From Chloroflexota bacterium (GTDB taxonomy: Bacteria; Chloroflexota; Anaerolineae; SpSt-313): DNA of 64,000 nucleotides. Position 1 is the first letter of the stretch. Every line of letters begins with the position of its first letter. A program made the translations under genes and the position numbers. Location: positions 30,692 to 94,691 of the forward strand of contig JAKPJZ010000034.1 of NCBI GenBank assembly GCA_029553955.1, given 5' to 3'. Positions 62,202 to 64,000 of this stretch are shown piece by piece. The notes under the pieces are model-generated. The model saw only the letters and a program-made list of their open reading frames with translations. It was not told the DNA's origin and ran no database searches.

Positions 62202-63227
62202 ATGAGACAACGGCGGACGGTGCTTTTGGTCGTGGTGGCGCTCCTGGCTGTTGCCGGGGCGGCGCTTGGCGTGTTGACGCGCCGGGCGCCGTCCACAGCG
62301 CCGTCCGCCACAGGTACTCTGGCGCCCGTCGAGACGCCGGCGGTTACGCCGACGCCGACGGCCACGCCCCGTCGCCGCCCCAGCGGGACGGTCACTGCGA
62401 CCCGGGTGCCGACCAAGACGCCGCGCCCGCCCCGACCGATCAGTAAGATCGGACCGGAGATCAGCGGCGGCACCCACGTCGCGCTGGGCACGCCCCCCGT
62501 GGTCAAGCTGCGCAACATCTCGGCCGAGTATGTGGGCCAAGCGCGGCAGGAGGTCGGGTCCGAGTGCCTGATCGTCGTCCGCTTCGAGTTTGACGAGCCC
62601 GATCAGGCGCACGAGCCGGTGCAGGCGGCCCGCGAGTGGTTTGACCGCCGCCGCGGCGACATGCTGGAGATGAAGGCGGCCGGCGGGCCCAACATCGCCT
62701 TTGAGACGGGCGCCAACGAGGTTGGTGACAGCGGCCTCGACTGGTACGTCGCTTTCTCGCTCGAGCTGATCCCGCGCATGCACGCCGACGGCCTCCGCTG
62801 CGTGGCCGGCAACCCGGCCATGGGCACCTGGAACGAACAGAACTGGCCCAGGTTCGCGCCGGTGATCGCCATCCTCACGCCCGACGACTTGTTGGGGCTC
62901 CACGAATACTGGGCCAGCGAGGCGCAGATCGATGACCGTTGGTATTGTGGCCGTTGGAGCATCCCCGAGATTGCGGCCGTGATCGGCAACACCAAGATCG
63001 TCATTACCGAGTGCGGCCGCGATATCGGCTGGGCGCAGATGAACGATGCAGAACAGTTCCTCTACGAGCTGGAAAAGTATGACATCCTGCTCAACCAGTA
63101 CCCCAACGTCGTCGGTGCGACGGCCTTTACCATCGATGCCAACTGGGGCGACTATAACGTCTTTGACATTTGGCCGCAGGTCGTCTATCGCTACTCGCTC
63201 ACGCCGACGCCGCAGCCGGGGCGCTAG
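62202..63227 (+). CDS. Membrane-anchored clan-A-like glycoside hydrolase (TIM barrel)
   Basis: ATG 62202. N-terminal TM. Candidate acid/base GANEV and nucleophile VITECG. Confidence 0.55.
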   Translation: MRQRRTVLLVVVALLAVAGAALGVLTRRAPSTAPSATGTLAPVETPAVTPTPTATPRRRPSGTVTATRVPTKTPRPPRPISKIGPEISGGTHVALGTPPVVKLRNISAEYVGQARQEVGSECLIVVRFEFDEPDQAHEPVQAAREWFDRRRGDMLEMKAAGGPNIAFETGANEVGDSGLDWYVAFSLELIPRMHADGLRCVAGNPAMGTWNEQNWPRFAPVIAILTPDDLLGLHEYWASEAQIDDRWYCGRWSIPEIAAVIGNTKIVITECGRDIGWAQMNDAEQFLYELEKYDILLNQYPNVVGATAFTIDANWGDYNVFDIWPQVVYRYSLTPTPQPGR

Positions 63228-63235
63228 AAGGGGTG

Positions 63236-63309
63236 GGGTTTGGGTTGGTTGGCCCTGTGGGCTGCCCTGGCACGCCAGGGCAGCCCACAGGGCCAACCAA
63301 CCCAAACCC
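63236..63309. repeat. Long palindrome (GGGTTTGGGTTGGTTGGCCCTGTGGGCTGCCCTGG-cacg-complement)
   Basis: Direct reading. Confidence 0.9.
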
Positions 63310-63374
63310 TCTCTGGGTCAGGGCCGGACGGTTGCGGAGGCCGCCGGCCGGCGGTGGCCTCAGGAGGTTTCTTG

Positions 63375-64000
63375 TTGGATGGTGAGCGCGCGCCCGGCAA
63401 GGCGCTCAAGCGCGCCGGTGTGCTGCCCTGGATCATCGCGCTGACGGCGCTGGCGCTGGCCCTGCGCCTCTATCGCCTGGCCGGGCCGGTCGTGCTGCGT
63501 TGGGACGAAGGCTGGAGCCTGGCCCACGCCAGCCTGCCCTGGGGCGCGCTGTGGCAGGTGGCCACTGCAGAATGGCACCCGCCGGCCTACATCGCCCTGC
63601 TCAAGCTGTGGCTGGCCGCCGGCCGCGGCGCCTGGAGCATGCGCATGCTTTCCGTGCTGCTGAGCGTGCTGGCGGTGCCGCTCGCCTACGGCGCAGGCCA
63701 GGCCTGGTCGGGCAAGCGGCGCACCGGCATCCTCATGGCGGGCTTTGTCGCCGTGTGGCCGCTGCTCGTCTACTATGGCCAGGTGGCGCGCCCGTATGCC
63801 CTGGCGGCGTTGGCCGTGCTGGCTGCGGCCTGGTTCATGCTGCGCAGCGACGATGGGCCCACCTGGCGCGATGGCCCGGGCCTGGTGCTCAGCTCGGCCC
63901 TCGCCCTCTTCACCTTTTACAACAGCGCCTTCGCCCTGGCCGCGCTCTGGCTCTACGCCGCCGCGCTTCGCCCGCGCCGCACGCCGCGCCTGCTCGTGTT
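63375..64000 (+). CDS. GT39/ArnT-like glycosyltransferase (N-terminal part; continues beyond the window)
   Basis: Not in the track because there is no stop in the window. TTG 63375 lies 7 nt after AGGAGG. My translation reads ...GVLPWIIALTALALALRLYRLAGPVVLRWDEGWSLAHASLPW...WHPPAYIALLKLW... Confidence 0.6.
   Translation, partial: MDGERAPGKALKRAGVLPWIIALTALALALRLYRLAGPVVLRWDEGWSLAHASLPWGALWQVATAEWHPPAYIALLKLWLAAGRGAWSMRMLSVLLSVLAVPLAYGAGQAWSGKRRTGILMAGFVAVWPLLVYYGQVARPYALAALAVLAAAWFMLRSDDGPTWRDGPGLVLSSALALFTFYNSAFALAALWLYAAALRPRRTPRLLV

Overview
High-GC bacterial chromosome segment. Hand counts of single 60-nt lines give 46/60 G+C at 9001-9060. Gene content and repeat types look like filamentous Chloroflexota, but that taxon is only a guess. 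I support about 55 protein genes, 2 tRNAs and 1 tRNA remnant. Housekeeping genes include gatC-gatA, gltX, alanine dehydrogenase, formimidoyltransferase, lnt, a cyclophilin and an S9 peptidase. There are also four response-regulator-type genes, one large GAF/PAS histidine kinase and several envelope or glycan genes. Many of the longest ORFs in the six-frame track (for example 13242..17876-, 23924..26734+, 11163..13160-) are GC-driven shadow ORFs opposite recognisable genes. Two real genes are missing from the track because they run off the window edges (1..1873-, 63375..64000+). Accessory content worth a second look: (1) a ~6.9 kb integrative element in tRNA-Gly(UCC), bounded by a 42-nt direct repeat; it carries a tyrosine integrase, a Toprim/P-loop primase-helicase, unknown ORFs and inverted 9-nt iteron clusters, and has no capsid or transfer genes, so it may be a satellite- or plasmid-like replicon. 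(2) An adjacent ~4.6 kb low-GC sugar locus (GPH transporter, GxGYxYP protein, flavoprotein). (3) A 16-unit, 33-nt spacer-less tandem hairpin array at 3768-4285. (4) A co-directional cluster of uncharacterised membrane, zinc-ribbon and ASKHA-like genes at 3488-11044. (5) A GH3-like adenylating enzyme flanked by two methyltransferases. (6) A pseudo-receiver OmpR-type regulator next to PRC-barrel/KamA/EamA genes and a convergent ATP-grasp ligase, suggesting beta-lysine chemistry. (7) A very dense set of intergenic palindromic repeat families. I saw no rRNA, CRISPR array, reverse transcriptase or transposase. All family assignments rest on motif recognition by eye. Nothing was searched against a database.
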